Shown here: one piece after another, positions 17,947 through 29,528 of the stretch
Position numbering within the stretch: the stretch's first letter is position 1
Layout of the letters: each line of letters starts with the position of its first letter
Assembly: GCA_963790095.1 (NCBI GenBank)
Contig: CAWBNO010000012.1
Location: 146,997 to 210,996 of the forward strand
Source: an uncultured delta proteobacterium
Lineage (GTDB): Bacteria; Desulfobacterota; Desulfobacteria; Desulfobacterales; UBA11574
Direction of reading: 5' to 3'
Length of the DNA: 64,000 bases
Program-made: the position numbers and the translations under genes
Notes under the pieces: model-generated
Told to the model about the DNA's origin: nothing
Seen by the model: only the letters and a program-made list of their open reading frames with translations
Databases searched by the model: none

Positions 17947-18150
17947 TGATCCTATCCTTTCAATAAATCAAAAATGGTATTGCCAAAATGAGATTCATAC
18001 TCCGCAGCAGTGGGTTCAGGGGTTCTGTTTTTGAAGTGCTTCCCTGTTCGCCAAAGATGCCAAAACCTTCGTGCTGCCTTTCCTGGGATTGTTTTAATCC
18101 GCTACGGAGTAAAAGGGCAAGGTAGCGTATTCATTTATTGTGAATCAGCC

Positions 18151-18495
18151 TTACTTCTTTTTTGTTGTTTGAGGCTGTGATGAAGACTGGATTACCTGCG
18201 ACACACTTCCTCGGGAAATTTTTACACGAACTTTGTCGGCGATTTCCACGGTCATGGTTTGTTCACCCGTGGCGGTAACTCGACCATGGAGACCGCCGCT
18301 GGTTACGATGCGGTCGCCTTTTTTAAGATGGCTGATCATTTCACGATGTTCTTTGGACTTTTTTTGCTGGGGCCGGATGAGCAGAAAATAAAATATTACA
18401 AACATCAGGATGATGGGAATAAGGGATGCAAATCCTCCGGCTCCCTGTCCTCCGGCTGCTCCGCCCGTGCCCATTGCATACGCAGTACTTATCAA
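18151..18495 (-). CDS. yajC: preprotein translocase subunit YajC
   Basis: 114 aa with a single TM followed by LIRPQQKKSKEHREMISHLKKGDRIVTSGGLHG. Confidence 0.85.
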   Translation of the reverse strand: MISTAYAMGTGGAAGGQGAGGFASLIPIILMFVIFYFLLIRPQQKKSKEHREMISHLKKGDRIVTSGGLHGRVTATGEQTMTVEIADKVRVKISRGSVSQVIQSSSQPQTTKKK

Positions 18496-18682
18496 GATAA
18501 AACCCCCTTTAAATGATTCGTCAGTATGTTACGTTTTTTTATCCCGCCAGCGGCGGAATACGATATGTTGTGTAAAAGATCTTTTGCACGTGTATCACCA
18601 TCGGCACGAGACCTTTTATCCGTAAACTCCCTCTAAAATGGCGTTGATATACAGTATATTATTTTTTAGGTCAAACACTTCT

Positions 18683-19444
18683 TTACTTTGCAGATATCCA
18701 GAGTGTTTCGCCGTCGAACTGAATATTGTTAACATGTTCGTAATCGATGAGATCCAGAAGTGCAAAAATCTGATCCATATTATATACAACCAGTTTGGTC
18801 AAGGGAAAGATCAGGTTGAGGTCGACATCCAGCTTGTGTTCTTTCAAATTGTAAATGTTCACCGTGTTTTCAGAAAATTTAAGAAGCTTGGCCACACCGG
18901 AACTGCGTCCCCTCTCAACCGGTTCATCGGCGAGGGACGAAAGGAGTACGCCTTTATGGGCAAAATAATCTTTCATGAAATTAAAATGAATATTCCAGAT
19001 ATTGTCTCCGGGCTGAACAATGTAAATTCCGAAGGATTCTGGTTTATTCTTTTCGTCGGTGCCCTTTGACTGGAGGTCTTTTTCAAGGATATCGCCACTT
19101 TTAAGCCGAATTTCGTCTAAGATTTCCTTCATGGACACCGTGATATCGCCGATTTTAAATGATTCATTGGATTCCGTGATGATATCGACCCCTTTATCAA
19201 CGCCGTATCGAGCCTTGCGCTGTTCCATCAGCGCTTTGAGATCCTGATCTTCTTGGAGGGTATTGACGTCGATGACCGTCTCCGTTTGGGTTTGGATCTG
19301 AACCTTTTCCGGAGGGATTTTTTTGTCCGAATCAGATTTTTGTTTCAGCAACACCATCAACCCTGCGGCAACGATAAAAATCACCCCGCACAGGACGATA
19401 ATCCCTCCAAGTCTATGGGGGCGTTTGTCAGATTTTTTTGGCAT
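18683..19444 (-). CDS. membrane-anchored LysM-like domain protein
   Basis: N-terminal TM. The YIVQPGDNIWNI segment resembles a LysM core. Confidence 0.55.
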   Translation of the reverse strand: MPKKSDKRPHRLGGIIVLCGVIFIVAAGLMVLLKQKSDSDKKIPPEKVQIQTQTETVIDVNTLQEDQDLKALMEQRKARYGVDKGVDIITESNESFKIGDITVSMKEILDEIRLKSGDILEKDLQSKGTDEKNKPESFGIYIVQPGDNIWNIHFNFMKDYFAHKGVLLSSLADEPVERGRSSGVAKLLKFSENTVNIYNLKEHKLDVDLNLIFPLTKLVVYNMDQIFALLDLIDYEHVNNIQFDGETLWISAK

Positions 19445-19475
19445 AGTTTATCCAGTATACGGAACGCCGGGCGCT

Positions 19476-20939
19476 TCATTTTTCCCGCTCCACCTTGCTC
19501 ATGCCCGGGATAATCGTGTCATCCCCTTCGATGGTAATGGATAGGTCCCGCCGTACTTCCAGGTCCAGGATCTCCTTTCGCTTTTTATTCAAAAGATAGT
19601 CTGCGACACCCGAGGGAACGACACCTTTGACACTGGAAATTTTATTTTTTAGCGTTTCGAGACGAAGTTGGCGGAGAAAGTCCAGGGCCAACATTTCAAT
19701 GGACGGAACCATCCCTTTCCCCTTGCAATGACCGCAGGGTTGAAAACTGCTGGATTCAATGGACGGTCTGAGCCGCTGTCTCGACATTTCCATAAGGCCG
19801 AACTGTGAAATTTTACTGATTTTTGTTTTGGCCTTGTCGGATTTCAAATTGCGTTTGACAGCCCTTTCAATTTCAGTTTTGTGCTTGGAATCTCTCATGT
19901 CGATAAAATCGATCACCACAAGGCCGCCCAGGTCTCTCAGTCGCAATTGGCGGGCAATTTCTTCGGCGGCTTCAATGTTGGTCTGGAGGGCGGTCTGTTC
20001 AATGGATTTTTTTTGGGTCGCTTTCCCTGAATTTACATCGATGGAGACCAGTGCTTCGGTCTGGGCGATGACAATAGAACCGCCGGATTTAAGTTTGACC
20101 CGGCTTCTATAGATCGATGAAATCTGATCTTCCAGCTGATATTTGGTGAATATGGGCCGGTCTCCTTTGTAGTGTTTAACGATTTTGGTGTGTTTGGGCG
20201 ATATGATTTTAACAAAATCTTTAACTTCACGGTGTACCGCGGCATCGTTGATGAGGACTTCTGTGACATCGAGTGTGAAATAGTCACGTATGGACCTTAA
20301 AACAAGGTTCTGTTCTTTGTACAGGAGGGCCGGCGCCGGCACTTTCATTATATTGTTTTTGATGTTTTTCCACAACCTAAGAAGATAGCGTAAATCTTTG
20401 GAAAGGTGTGTTTTGTTACAGTTTATTCCCGCAGTGCGGACAATGAGGCCGAACCCTTCGGGAATCTTAAGTTTGCCGACAATACCTTTAAGACGCTTGC
20501 GCTCCTCTTCATCTTCAATTTTGCGCGAGATCCCACGCTTATCGATGCCGGGCATCAACACAATGTGCCGTCCCGGAAGCGATATATACGTGGTGAGCAT
20601 GGCGCCTTTTTTCATGTGGGGGTCTTTGGTAACCTGTACCAGAAGTTCTTGACCCCGCTTGATCATTTTTAGTATGGATCGATCCTTTGAAAGATTGTCC
20701 TGGAAATAATCGCTATGGATTTCGTGCTTCTGCAAAAAACCGTGGCGTTCCCCTCCATAGTCCACAAATGCGGCCTGAAGGCTGGGTTCGATGTGGGCGA
20801 TGACTGCTTTATAAATATTTCCATGGATACTTTCTCTTCCCGAGCTTTCGATATGGAATTCTTCAAGCTTGGTATCGATGACTTTTGCAATCCTGCAATC
20901 CTCGGGATCTATGGCATCGATTAAAATTTTACTGCTCAT
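19476..20939 (-). CDS. rng: ribonuclease G (Rne/Rng family)
   Basis: 487 aa with an N-terminal S1 domain (GNIYKAVIAHIEPSLQAAFVDYGGERHGFL). Catalytic-domain length matches RNase G. Confidence 0.85.
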   Translation of the reverse strand: MSSKILIDAIDPEDCRIAKVIDTKLEEFHIESSGRESIHGNIYKAVIAHIEPSLQAAFVDYGGERHGFLQKHEIHSDYFQDNLSKDRSILKMIKRGQELLVQVTKDPHMKKGAMLTTYISLPGRHIVLMPGIDKRGISRKIEDEEERKRLKGIVGKLKIPEGFGLIVRTAGINCNKTHLSKDLRYLLRLWKNIKNNIMKVPAPALLYKEQNLVLRSIRDYFTLDVTEVLINDAAVHREVKDFVKIISPKHTKIVKHYKGDRPIFTKYQLEDQISSIYRSRVKLKSGGSIVIAQTEALVSIDVNSGKATQKKSIEQTALQTNIEAAEEIARQLRLRDLGGLVVIDFIDMRDSKHKTEIERAVKRNLKSDKAKTKISKISQFGLMEMSRQRLRPSIESSSFQPCGHCKGKGMVPSIEMLALDFLRQLRLETLKNKISSVKGVVPSGVADYLLNKKRKEILDLEVRRDLSITIEGDDTIIPGMSKVEREK

Positions 20940-21668
20940 AAACTATTTGCTTTCATTGTGTTTGTATTAAATTGGAATTGAATTTTATGGTTCGAGATTA
21001 AAGGATTGCTCTTCAAGGGAAACAAGTTTTAATCTCAGGGACTTACTTTTTAAAATGAATATGAAATTGTACTTTACAAGTCAAATGATTTCTTATCTGA
21101 ATCGTGTCTGGAATATTCAGGCAGGGCCACCGCATTTGGATCCCAATAAAGAGAGAACGCTGCATATCTCTTCCCAACCGACAGGAACGCGTGCTAAAGC
21201 CCTTCAAACAACCCGCCGGTTTCCAAGAGAAATACGCCGTTGCTTCGCTCTACCGAAAATGCGTTCACCCTGAAGATTCAGGTCTTATCACTTGCTATTT
21301 GCTCAATGTTGTGGCATGAGAAGTTATTGTTTGAACCTGCGATAATGACATGTGAAATTAGCGTGTTGCAGGCATGTAGGTTTATAGAGACCCCCTGCGG
21401 TGGCATCGTGGATGATATGAAACAAGTTAGTTTGCTTCGCCCCGCCTGCCATTGCAAGGCACGAGCGGGCAGGTCACAACTGGAATGATGGAATAATGAG
21501 TTTCTGTAGGAATTAAAATGATATTGTTTCTTCAGCCCAACGTTCTGCTATTCCAAGATTCCAGTATCCCATGGAAATGGCATAAACCAGGAGCTAAAGA
21601 TTTTTAATTTCAAATAATTGAAGAAATTCCGAGACGTAAAATAATTGAATTGAGGCAACCTATTTAAA

Positions 21669-24257
21669 ATGGATGAAAGATACGAACCAAGGGCATTGGA
21701 AGCCAAGTGGCAAAAATTCTGGGAAGAGACAAAAATTTTCAAGGTCGAAGAAAACCCTGACAAAGAAAAATATTATCTTCTCGAGATGTTTCCCTATCCG
21801 TCCGGAAACATCCACATGGGACATGTGAGAAACTATACCATCGGAGATGTTGTGGCACGGTATAAACGAATGCAGGGATTGAACGTCCTGCATCCCATGG
21901 GGTGGGATGCATTTGGCATGCCGGCGGAAAACGCAGCAATTGCCAATAACACCCATCCGGCCAAGTGGACCTATGAAAATATCGGTGCCATGCGGTCTCA
22001 GTTGAAATCTCTCGGTTTTTCCTATGACTGGGACCGGGAAATCGCAACGTGCCGTCCCGAGTATTATCACTGGGAGCAGTGGCTTTTTTTAAAAATGTAT
22101 GAAAAAGGGATGGCCTATCGCAAGGAGTCTTTTGTAAACTGGTGTGAAGACTGTCAGACCGTTCTGGCCAACGAACAGGTTGAAGCTGGCCTGTGTTGGC
22201 GGTGCGGCGAACAGGTCCGTCAGAAAAAGCTCTGGCAATGGTTTTTCCGTATTACCGATTATGCCGAGGATCTTTTGTCATACTGCGAAAAACTTCCCGG
22301 ATGGCCGGATAAAGTTATCACCATGCAGAAAAACTGGATCGGGAAGAGTATCGGCGCGGAAATCCGGTTTCCCATAGAAAATACCGACGAACACATACCC
22401 GTCTTTACCACCCGACAGGATACGGTCTACGGCGCGACGTTCATGTGTCTTGCGCCGGAGCATCCCCTGGTGATGGAACTGTCCAAAGGGACCCGTCAGG
22501 AGAAAGACGTCTCCGAGTTCATCGACCGGATATCCAGCCAGGACCGTTCCACCAGAGCGGTGGACAGCTATGAAAAAGAGGGGGTTTTTACCGGTGCATA
22601 TTGTATCAATCCATTGAGCGGTGTTAGCATGCCCATCTACACGGCCAATTTTGCCCTCATGGAATATGGTACCGGTGCGGTTATGTCGGTTCCGGCACAC
22701 GATCAGCGGGATTTTGAATTTGCCCGTAAATACGACCTGGACATCGTCGTGGTGGTAAAACCCTATGATGAGGATCTCGATCCCGTCTCCATGGCCGAGG
22801 CCTATGCCGGAGAAGGTACCATGGTGAACTCCGGCCCGTTCAACGGCATGGATAATATCCAGGCCTTAGATGAGATCGCTTCTTATCTCGAAAAAAAAGA
22901 CCTGGGTAAGAAAACGGTGAGTTTCAGGCTGAGGGACTGGGGGATATCGAGACAGCGGTACTGGGGGGCGCCGATTCCGATAATTCATTGCAAAACATGT
23001 AACATCGTTCCTGTTCCCGAAGAAGATCTTCCCATTCTGCTTCCAGAGAATGTCGGTCTTCTGGAAGGGGGGAAATCGCCCCTTGCGACCCTCGAATCTT
23101 TTGTAAACACGACCTGTCCAATTTGCGGCAGCAAGGATGCCAGGCGGGAAACCGACACCATGGATACCTTTGTTGAATCTTCATGGTACTATGAAAGATA
23201 TTGCAGCCCGAATTACGACAGCGGAATGTTTGACACCCAATCCGTGGATTACTGGATGCCGGTGGATCAGTATATCGGCGGTGTGGAGCATGCCATTTTA
23301 CATCTCCTTTATTCCCGATATTATACCCGTGTGCTCAAAGACTTCGGGCTGGTCCAATATAAGGAGCCCTTCACACGGCTGTTGACCCAGGGGATGGTCT
23401 GTAAAGAGACGGTTTCCTGCCCGGAACACGGGTTTCTTCTCCCCGATGAGGTGGACGGAACCGGTGAAGACCGTTTTTGTAAAAAATGCGGTCAGACGAC
23501 CACAGTGGGCCGGGTTGAAAAGATGTCCAAGTCGAAAAAGAACGTCATCGATCCGAACATTCTTTTGGAAAAATACGGTGCGGATACCACGAGACTTTTC
23601 TGCCTGTTTGCGGCCCCGCCGGAAAGGGACCTGGAATGGAGTGAACAGGGTGTCGAAGGCGGTTATCGCTTCTTGAACCGGGTTTGGCGCCTAGCCCAGA
23701 GGTGGATGGATTCAATCCGCGAGGCCGAACCTTTTGACGGGGGGCCGGATCAGGTGGTGGACGACGCTCGGGATGTGGTCAAAAAAACCCATGAAACCAT
23801 TAAAAAAGTTACCAAAGATATTGAAGACAGATTCCATTTCAATACCGCCATCAGTGCGATTATGGAGCTTGTGAACACCCTGAACACGGTGGATCTGGAC
23901 AAAAGCCCTCAAAAAATTGCGGTCATGCGGTTCGCCATGGAATCCGTGACGCTTCTCTTGTCACCCATTGTGCCCCATTTTGCCGAAGAACTGTGGAACA
24001 CCCTGGGATTTGAAACCAGCATTTTGCTTGCATCGTGGCCGTCATACCGGGAAGATGCCTTGGCCAAGGATGAACTCTTGATCGTTGTGCAGGTGAACGG
24101 CAAGCTCAGAAGCAGATTCAATGTGGATGTAGATACAGACGGCGATACCATCAGAAATATGGCCCTTTCAGATGAACGGGTCCGAAAATTTATCGATGGT
24201 AAACCTGTCAAGAAAGTGGTTGTTGTTAAGGAAAAGCTTGTGAACATTGTGGTTTAA
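21669..24257 (+). CDS. leuS: leucine--tRNA ligase
   Basis: 862 aa with HMGH (HIGH-type) and KMSKSKKN motifs. Confidence 0.95.
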   Translation: MDERYEPRALEAKWQKFWEETKIFKVEENPDKEKYYLLEMFPYPSGNIHMGHVRNYTIGDVVARYKRMQGLNVLHPMGWDAFGMPAENAAIANNTHPAKWTYENIGAMRSQLKSLGFSYDWDREIATCRPEYYHWEQWLFLKMYEKGMAYRKESFVNWCEDCQTVLANEQVEAGLCWRCGEQVRQKKLWQWFFRITDYAEDLLSYCEKLPGWPDKVITMQKNWIGKSIGAEIRFPIENTDEHIPVFTTRQDTVYGATFMCLAPEHPLVMELSKGTRQEKDVSEFIDRISSQDRSTRAVDSYEKEGVFTGAYCINPLSGVSMPIYTANFALMEYGTGAVMSVPAHDQRDFEFARKYDLDIVVVVKPYDEDLDPVSMAEAYAGEGTMVNSGPFNGMDNIQALDEIASYLEKKDLGKKTVSFRLRDWGISRQRYWGAPIPIIHCKTCNIVPVPEEDLPILLPENVGLLEGGKSPLATLESFVNTTCPICGSKDARRETDTMDTFVESSWYYERYCSPNYDSGMFDTQSVDYWMPVDQYIGGVEHAILHLLYSRYYTRVLKDFGLVQYKEPFTRLLTQGMVCKETVSCPEHGFLLPDEVDGTGEDRFCKKCGQTTTVGRVEKMSKSKKNVIDPNILLEKYGADTTRLFCLFAAPPERDLEWSEQGVEGGYRFLNRVWRLAQRWMDSIREAEPFDGGPDQVVDDARDVVKKTHETIKKVTKDIEDRFHFNTAISAIMELVNTLNTVDLDKSPQKIAVMRFAMESVTLLLSPIVPHFAEELWNTLGFETSILLASWPSYREDALAKDELLIVVQVNGKLRSRFNVDVDTDGDTIRNMALSDERVRKFIDGKPVKKVVVVKEKLVNIVV

Positions 24258-24284
24258 TCGACACACTTAAAAAATGGAATAGCC

Positions 24285-24800
24285 GTGTTTTATTGTAGAA
24301 AATATATTTGGCCGGTTCTTTTTATGGGGGTGTTTTTTTCAGCGTGCGGCTACCGGTTCTCCGGGAGTGGAAATCTCCCCTCCGGGGCACAGACCGTCTT
24401 CATCGAGGTCCTCAAAAACCGTACGGTGGAAACCGGTTATGAAAATACCGTTACCAACGATCTGATATACGAATTCACCAGAAACGGACGGGTCGTAGAG
24501 AAAAGCCGGGACAATACGGACGCGTTCCTTACCGGTGTGATTGAATCTGAGCATGTTCGGACAATATCCCGTCAAGGGCAGCTGGCCCCCCTTGAAAGAC
24601 GGGTCCAGATTGCCATAAGTCTCAAATTGACGGATCGAGACCATCGGGTGATATGGTCCAGGTCAGGTATTTCTGACAGCGAAGCCTATGATGTGGGGGC
24701 CAACAATCAGATCACCGAACAAAACAAGCGCCATGCCCTGGAAATTCTGTCTAAACGACTTGCAGAAACCGCATACAATCGTTTAACAGACAATTTTTAA
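24285..24800 (+). CDS. lptE: LPS-assembly lipoprotein LptE
   Basis: Lipobox FFSACGYRFSG and position directly after leuS (conserved synteny). Confidence 0.65.
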   Translation: MFYCRKYIWPVLFMGVFFSACGYRFSGSGNLPSGAQTVFIEVLKNRTVETGYENTVTNDLIYEFTRNGRVVEKSRDNTDAFLTGVIESEHVRTISRQGQLAPLERRVQIAISLKLTDRDHRVIWSRSGISDSEAYDVGANNQITEQNKRHALEILSKRLAETAYNRLTDNF

Positions 24801-24901
24801 TAACCTGTTGCTCGCGGTTGACCCCACCGATCCACGAGGAAAACACGCAACAATCGTATTGCACGCCATATGAGCATTTCAAAAAATTACGGGTTTTCCG
24901 G

Positions 24902-25168
24902 TTATGCAGAGATGGTGTTTACAGTTTTGGCGAGGCGGGAAATTTTCCTTGACGCGGTTTTTTTGTGAATCACACCTTTTTTTGCTGCTTTATCAATGAT
25001 AGATTTTGCGGTATCGAGTTTCATCAACGCTGATTCTTTCGAATTTTCGCTTGCATCAAGTCGCACATCTTTGACGATATTTTTTATCCGGGTCTTTGTC
25101 GACTTATTGCGCATCCGCCGTTCTTCGTTCTGGCGTGCACGCTTTAGTGCAGATTTATGATTGGCCAA
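24902..25168 (-). CDS. rpsT: 30S ribosomal protein S20
   Basis: 88 aa starting MANHKSALKRARQNEERR. Confidence 0.9.
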   Translation of the reverse strand: MANHKSALKRARQNEERRMRNKSTKTRIKNIVKDVRLDASENSKESALMKLDTAKSIIDKAAKKGVIHKKTASRKISRLAKTVNTISA

Positions 25169-25259
25169 TTTTCAATTAACTCCTTTTTGATAGATATTAT
25201 ATTTAAAAGAAGTTAATCTATGAATAAATTAAAGGGTTGTCAAGAAATTTTTACTTCAT

Positions 25260-26852
25260 ATGAATCCAACGAAAAATAGACCGGTTTCCGAAAACGACCG
25301 GGTAACAAAGGCCACCGGTGTTGTGGGATCGGCAACGCTGTTGAGTCGTATTTTCGGTTTTATACGGGATGTTGTCATTGCCGGTTTTTTCGGTGCCGGG
25401 CTCAGTTCAGATGCATTTTTTGTGGCCTTCAGAATTCCGAATCTCTTGAGGAGACTTTTTGCCGAAGGATCGTTAAGTGTTGCGTTTATTCCTGTTTTTA
25501 CCGAATATCTGACACACCGGGGAAAAGATGATGCCTTTGAAATGGCAAGATCCGCCGTAAGGCTGCTTTCGGTGCTGCTGGTTGTCGTCGCTGTTGCAGG
25601 GGTCGTATTCTCTCCGTTGATCATACGGATCATCGCCCCCGGGTTTGCCGACTCACCTGAAAAATTTTCCCTCACGATTTTTTTGACCCGGGTCATGTTT
25701 CCGTATATTTTCTTCATCGGGATGGTGGCCCTTTCAATGGGAATCCTAAATGTTCTCGGTCACTTCGCCGCACCGGCCCTTGCGCCGGTTTTCTTGAACA
25801 TCTCCATAATCTGTTCGGTTTTTTTAATCTCACCCCACTTGACGGAGCCTGTAACCGGTCTGGCCATCGGCGTGGTCATCGGCGGTGTGTTGCAACTGGC
25901 ACTTCAAGTGCCGTTTCTGATGAAAAAAGGATTCTATTTCTGGCAGGAAGCAAAATTTTTCAATCCCGGACTCAAGAAAATCGGCCGGCTGATGCTTCCC
26001 ACCATATTCGGCGCTGCGGTCTATCAAATCAATATTCTGGTGGGGACCCTTCTTGCGTCGTTGCTGCCCCAAGGGAGTGTTTCGTATCTGTATTATGCAG
26101 ACCGTCTGGTGCAGTTTCCCCTGGGAATATTTGCAGTGGCCACCGCAACAGCGGTTCTGCCGAGCCTGTCCAGACAGGCAGCGAAAAAGGACTTGCAGGG
26201 AGTTCGGGAGACCTTCTCATATGCTATGAAACTGATTTTTTTTATTACGATTCCTTCAATGGTCGGCCTGATCGTTTTGCGGGAGCCGATTGTGGCGTTG
26301 TTATTTAGACGGGGCGCTTTCGATGCAACGACAACCCATTTGACTGCATACGCTCTTTTATACTATAGTATCGGGTTGTGGGCTTTTTCCGCTGTACGGA
26401 TTGTGGTTTCGACATTTTATGCATTGCAGGATACCCGGACACCAGTCATCACCGGAGCCGTGTCCGTCGGTGCCAATATCGTACTGGGAATCATTCTTAT
26501 GGGGCCCATGGGACACGGAGGACTTGCACTTTCCACGTCCCTGGCTTCGATGCTGAACTTGGGGCTTCTGGTCTGGGCCCTGAGAGCAAAGCTCGGTGCG
26601 TTGGGGTTGAAAAGTATTACGGAGTCCGCCTGTAAAACCATAATCTGTTCCGGAATTATGGGGACGGTGGTTTGGGCGACGGCCCTCATCATGATACCCC
26701 CTGAAGGCGGAACGGCTTTCGGCCTTTTTTTCGGGGTATTGGGAAGCATCATCATCGGACTGGTGCTATACGGTTCTTTTTCCGTGTTGTTTAAGAGCCG
26801 GGAACTGAAAAAGGTAATGGCGATTGCCAAGACAGGGACGGGTAGAACGTGA
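25260..26852 (+). CDS. murJ: lipid II flippase MurJ
   Basis: 530-aa polytopic protein with an MviN/MurJ N-terminus (SRIFGFIRDVVIAGFFGAG..DAFFVAFRIPNLLRRLFAEG). Confidence 0.9.
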   Translation: MNPTKNRPVSENDRVTKATGVVGSATLLSRIFGFIRDVVIAGFFGAGLSSDAFFVAFRIPNLLRRLFAEGSLSVAFIPVFTEYLTHRGKDDAFEMARSAVRLLSVLLVVVAVAGVVFSPLIIRIIAPGFADSPEKFSLTIFLTRVMFPYIFFIGMVALSMGILNVLGHFAAPALAPVFLNISIICSVFLISPHLTEPVTGLAIGVVIGGVLQLALQVPFLMKKGFYFWQEAKFFNPGLKKIGRLMLPTIFGAAVYQINILVGTLLASLLPQGSVSYLYYADRLVQFPLGIFAVATATAVLPSLSRQAAKKDLQGVRETFSYAMKLIFFITIPSMVGLIVLREPIVALLFRRGAFDATTTHLTAYALLYYSIGLWAFSAVRIVVSTFYALQDTRTPVITGAVSVGANIVLGIILMGPMGHGGLALSTSLASMLNLGLLVWALRAKLGALGLKSITESACKTIICSGIMGTVVWATALIMIPPEGGTAFGLFFGVLGSIIIGLVLYGSFSVLFKSRELKKVMAIAKTGTGRT

Positions 26853-27151
26853 GTTTAAAAAATAGCATTATGCTGACATTGACCGTGGTGTCGATGTTTT
26901 TATTGTTGTTTTTCATTATTTTCGGCGAAAATGGTTTGGTGGATCTAAATCGGCTGAAAACGGAAAGGGATGGACTGTTGCAAAAGAATGCGGAGCTTAA
27001 ACAGGAGAATCTCTCTTTATACCGAGAGATCGGACGATTAAAGAACGATCCCAAATATGTCGAAAATGTGGCCAGACAGGAACTGGGTGTTATCGGTAAG
27101 GATGAAGTGATCATTAAAGTAAAAAAACCAAAAAAGGCCGACAAAAATTGA
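26849..27151 (+). CDS. ftsB: septum formation initiator (FtsB/DivIC family)
   Basis: 100 aa with an N-terminal TM and leucine-zipper coiled coil, followed by YVENVARQELG. Confidence 0.7.
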   Translation: MSLKNSIMLTLTVVSMFLLLFFIIFGENGLVDLNRLKTERDGLLQKNAELKQENLSLYREIGRLKNDPKYVENVARQELGVIGKDEVIIKVKKPKKADKN

Positions 27152-27456
27152 ACGCAGATGACGTCTTTTATACCCGGACAATGGCAAAGGTCCTTGGGGA
27201 CCAGGGGAATTTGAGGAAAGCGGCTGAAATCTATCGTTACCTTTTGGAACGTGAGCCCGGAGCCCCGGATCTTGTGGATGCCCTTTCTGAAATTGAGACC
27301 CGACGCATGGAAAAAGGTTCGGACGATCTGGTCAGGTTGTTCACCAGATGGATCGATCTTTTGCTTGGGCACAACAACCTGGAACAATTAAAGAAACTAA
27401 AAAAGAATATGGCATCGAGAAGCCATGAAACATACGGAAAGATGACAAACCGATGA
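27148..27456 (+). CDS. hypothetical small TPR-like protein
   Basis: Overlaps the stop/start codons of both neighbours (translational coupling). No family recognised. Confidence 0.45.
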   Translation: MNADDVFYTRTMAKVLGDQGNLRKAAEIYRYLLEREPGAPDLVDALSEIETRRMEKGSDDLVRLFTRWIDLLLGHNNLEQLKKLKKNMASRSHETYGKMTNR

Positions 27457-28649
27457 AAACCGTAATCCAGAAAAAAAATATCATACTGGGGGTGTCCGGC
27501 GGAATTGCGGCCTACAAAAGTGTCGAACTTTTAAGGCTTCTGGTCAAACAGGGGGCCAGCGTCCGGGTGATGATGACAAAGAATGCCCAGTGGTTCGTGG
27601 GGCCTTTAACCTTTGAAGCCTTGTCCGATCAACCGGTGTGTACCGATCTTTTTGAGAAAAATGACGATGCATCCATACGGCACATCCAGTGGGCCGAAGT
27701 GGCTGACGCCGTGGTGATTGCTCCGGCAACCGCCAATATTATCGGCAAGTTGTCCGGCGGGATCGCCGACGATGCGCTGAGTACTTTTCTGCTGGCAGTA
27801 ACCTGTCCCGTGATCGTCTGCCCTTCCATGAACACACATATGTTTGAAAGCCCCGCGGTACAGCGCAATCTCGAGACACTCAGGGCTGACGGACATTTTA
27901 TCATAGCCCCGGAATCCGGAACACTGGCATGTGGAACCACCGGACCCGGCCGCCTTCCCGAGCCTGAGGACATCGTGGACAGGATTGCATATTACTTGTC
28001 CCCCAAAGACCTGAAAGATAAAAAAATACTGGTTACCTCGGGTCCTACCCGGGAACCTGTGGATCCGGTCAGATTTATCAGCAATCCTTCTTCCGGAAAA
28101 ATGGGCCTTGCAGTTGCCAGGGCAGCGGAATATCGGGGAGGGGAGGTTACCCTGATTACCGGTCCGACACATCTTCCGGATCCAAACAATGTTAAGGTCA
28201 TCCGGATCCAGACCGCCCGGGAGATGGCCCAGGCGGTGTTCGACAATGTGGCGCATTCCGACATCATTATAAAAACAGCAGCGGTTTCCGATTATCGACC
28301 CAAAGACCCGGCCACCCAAAAAATCAAAAAGGAAAAAGGAAAGCGGGTGTTGTATCTGGAAAGAACCCAGGATATTCTCAAAGAAATCGGCCGTAGAAAA
28401 AAGGACCAGATCCTCGTGGGGTTTGCCGCGGAAACAGAAAACCTTGAACAGCATGCGGAAACAAAGCGGGTTGAAAAAAACCTGGATATTATCGTGGGGA
28501 ATATCGTTGGCGAACCTTCTTCTGGTTTCGGCGCCGATACCAACAAGGTGACCCTGTTCTACAAAGACGGGACCCAAGAGCCCCTGCCTGTGATGGAAAA
28601 GGATGCGGTGGCCCACATCCTGTTGGATCGCATATTAAAACGGCCATAA
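27453..28649 (+). CDS. coaBC: bifunctional phosphopantothenoylcysteine decarboxylase / synthetase
   Basis: 398 aa with GVSGGIAAYKS flavoprotein start and a C-terminal CoaB domain. Confidence 0.9.
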   Translation: MKTVIQKKNIILGVSGGIAAYKSVELLRLLVKQGASVRVMMTKNAQWFVGPLTFEALSDQPVCTDLFEKNDDASIRHIQWAEVADAVVIAPATANIIGKLSGGIADDALSTFLLAVTCPVIVCPSMNTHMFESPAVQRNLETLRADGHFIIAPESGTLACGTTGPGRLPEPEDIVDRIAYYLSPKDLKDKKILVTSGPTREPVDPVRFISNPSSGKMGLAVARAAEYRGGEVTLITGPTHLPDPNNVKVIRIQTAREMAQAVFDNVAHSDIIIKTAAVSDYRPKDPATQKIKKEKGKRVLYLERTQDILKEIGRRKKDQILVGFAAETENLEQHAETKRVEKNLDIIVGNIVGEPSSGFGADTNKVTLFYKDGTQEPLPVMEKDAVAHILLDRILKRP

Positions 28650-28764
28650 TATATAAGGGTCATCTGCCGATTCGTTGTCGTCGATACAGGCTAAATAAGA
28701 GGGGCGTCTCCAATTGAGCAGATGTGATCTTCGAGGGGTCCAGGATTCAAGGACTCGAGTGAAA

Positions 28765-29463
28765 ATGCCAAAAAGTTACAAAGGGTTGAAAGAAGCCCTC
28801 GACGGTATGGACAGCTATCTCAGGTTTCTGGCTGAAAGGGGATGCCGGGGCTTTGACTGCTCACCGGAGAGTCTTCAAAAAATCGAGGCGTGGGGGCACC
28901 CAAGCAGTCCGTGTTCTGAAACCCTTGAGGACGTCCGGATGGACCTGGGGGAGTGCCGCCGTTGCAAGCTCTCGGAAGGCCGAAAGAATATCGTATTTGG
29001 TGCCGGCAATCCCAATGCCAGACTGGTATTTGTGGGGGAAGGTCCGGGTTATGAAGAGGATCAGAGGGGCGAGCCCTTTGTGGGCGCTGCAGGACAGCTG
29101 CTGACCAAGATCATAGAAGCCATGAACCATACCCGGGAAGCGGTATACATCTGTAACATCATAAAATGCCGGCCCCCGGGGAACAGAAATCCGATGCCCG
29201 ATGAGATAGCGGCCTGTTCACCGTTTTTAAGGCGCCAGATTTCGTCGATAAAACCCGATTTCATTTGCGCTTTAGGGACCTTTGCCGCCCAGACACTCCT
29301 TGAAACCAGCGTGCCGATTTCAAAGCTCAAAGGGCGTTTTCACGACTATATGGGGATCCAGGTGCTGCCCACATACCATCCGGCCTATTTACTTCGAAAT
29401 CCAGGCAAAAAACGGGATGTCTGGGAAGATATGCAGAAGCTGATGAAGGCATTGGACAATTGA
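28765..29463 (+). CDS. uracil-DNA glycosylase, family 4
   Basis: GEGPGYEEDQRGEPFVGAAGQLL and HPAYLLR motifs, plus CRRC Fe-S cysteines. Confidence 0.85.
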   Translation: MPKSYKGLKEALDGMDSYLRFLAERGCRGFDCSPESLQKIEAWGHPSSPCSETLEDVRMDLGECRRCKLSEGRKNIVFGAGNPNARLVFVGEGPGYEEDQRGEPFVGAAGQLLTKIIEAMNHTREAVYICNIIKCRPPGNRNPMPDEIAACSPFLRRQISSIKPDFICALGTFAAQTLLETSVPISKLKGRFHDYMGIQVLPTYHPAYLLRNPGKKRDVWEDMQKLMKALDN

Positions 29464-29528
29464 ACTGCAACAGCCAGAGCATATTTGAATGGATAAATTT
29501 TCTATCTCACTTATAGAGGCGTTATGAA

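Noticed and set aside
20940-21668. A 730-bp divergent spacer between rng and leuS as host of a housekeeping ncRNA
   Set aside because: I looked for RNase P RNA, tmRNA, SRP RNA and T-box signatures and recognised none. It may simply hold the rng 5' UTR and two promoters, and this cannot be decided without a covariance-model scan.
27606-28616. 336-aa minus-strand ORF
   Set aside because: Antisense to coaBC, with no recognisable motifs.
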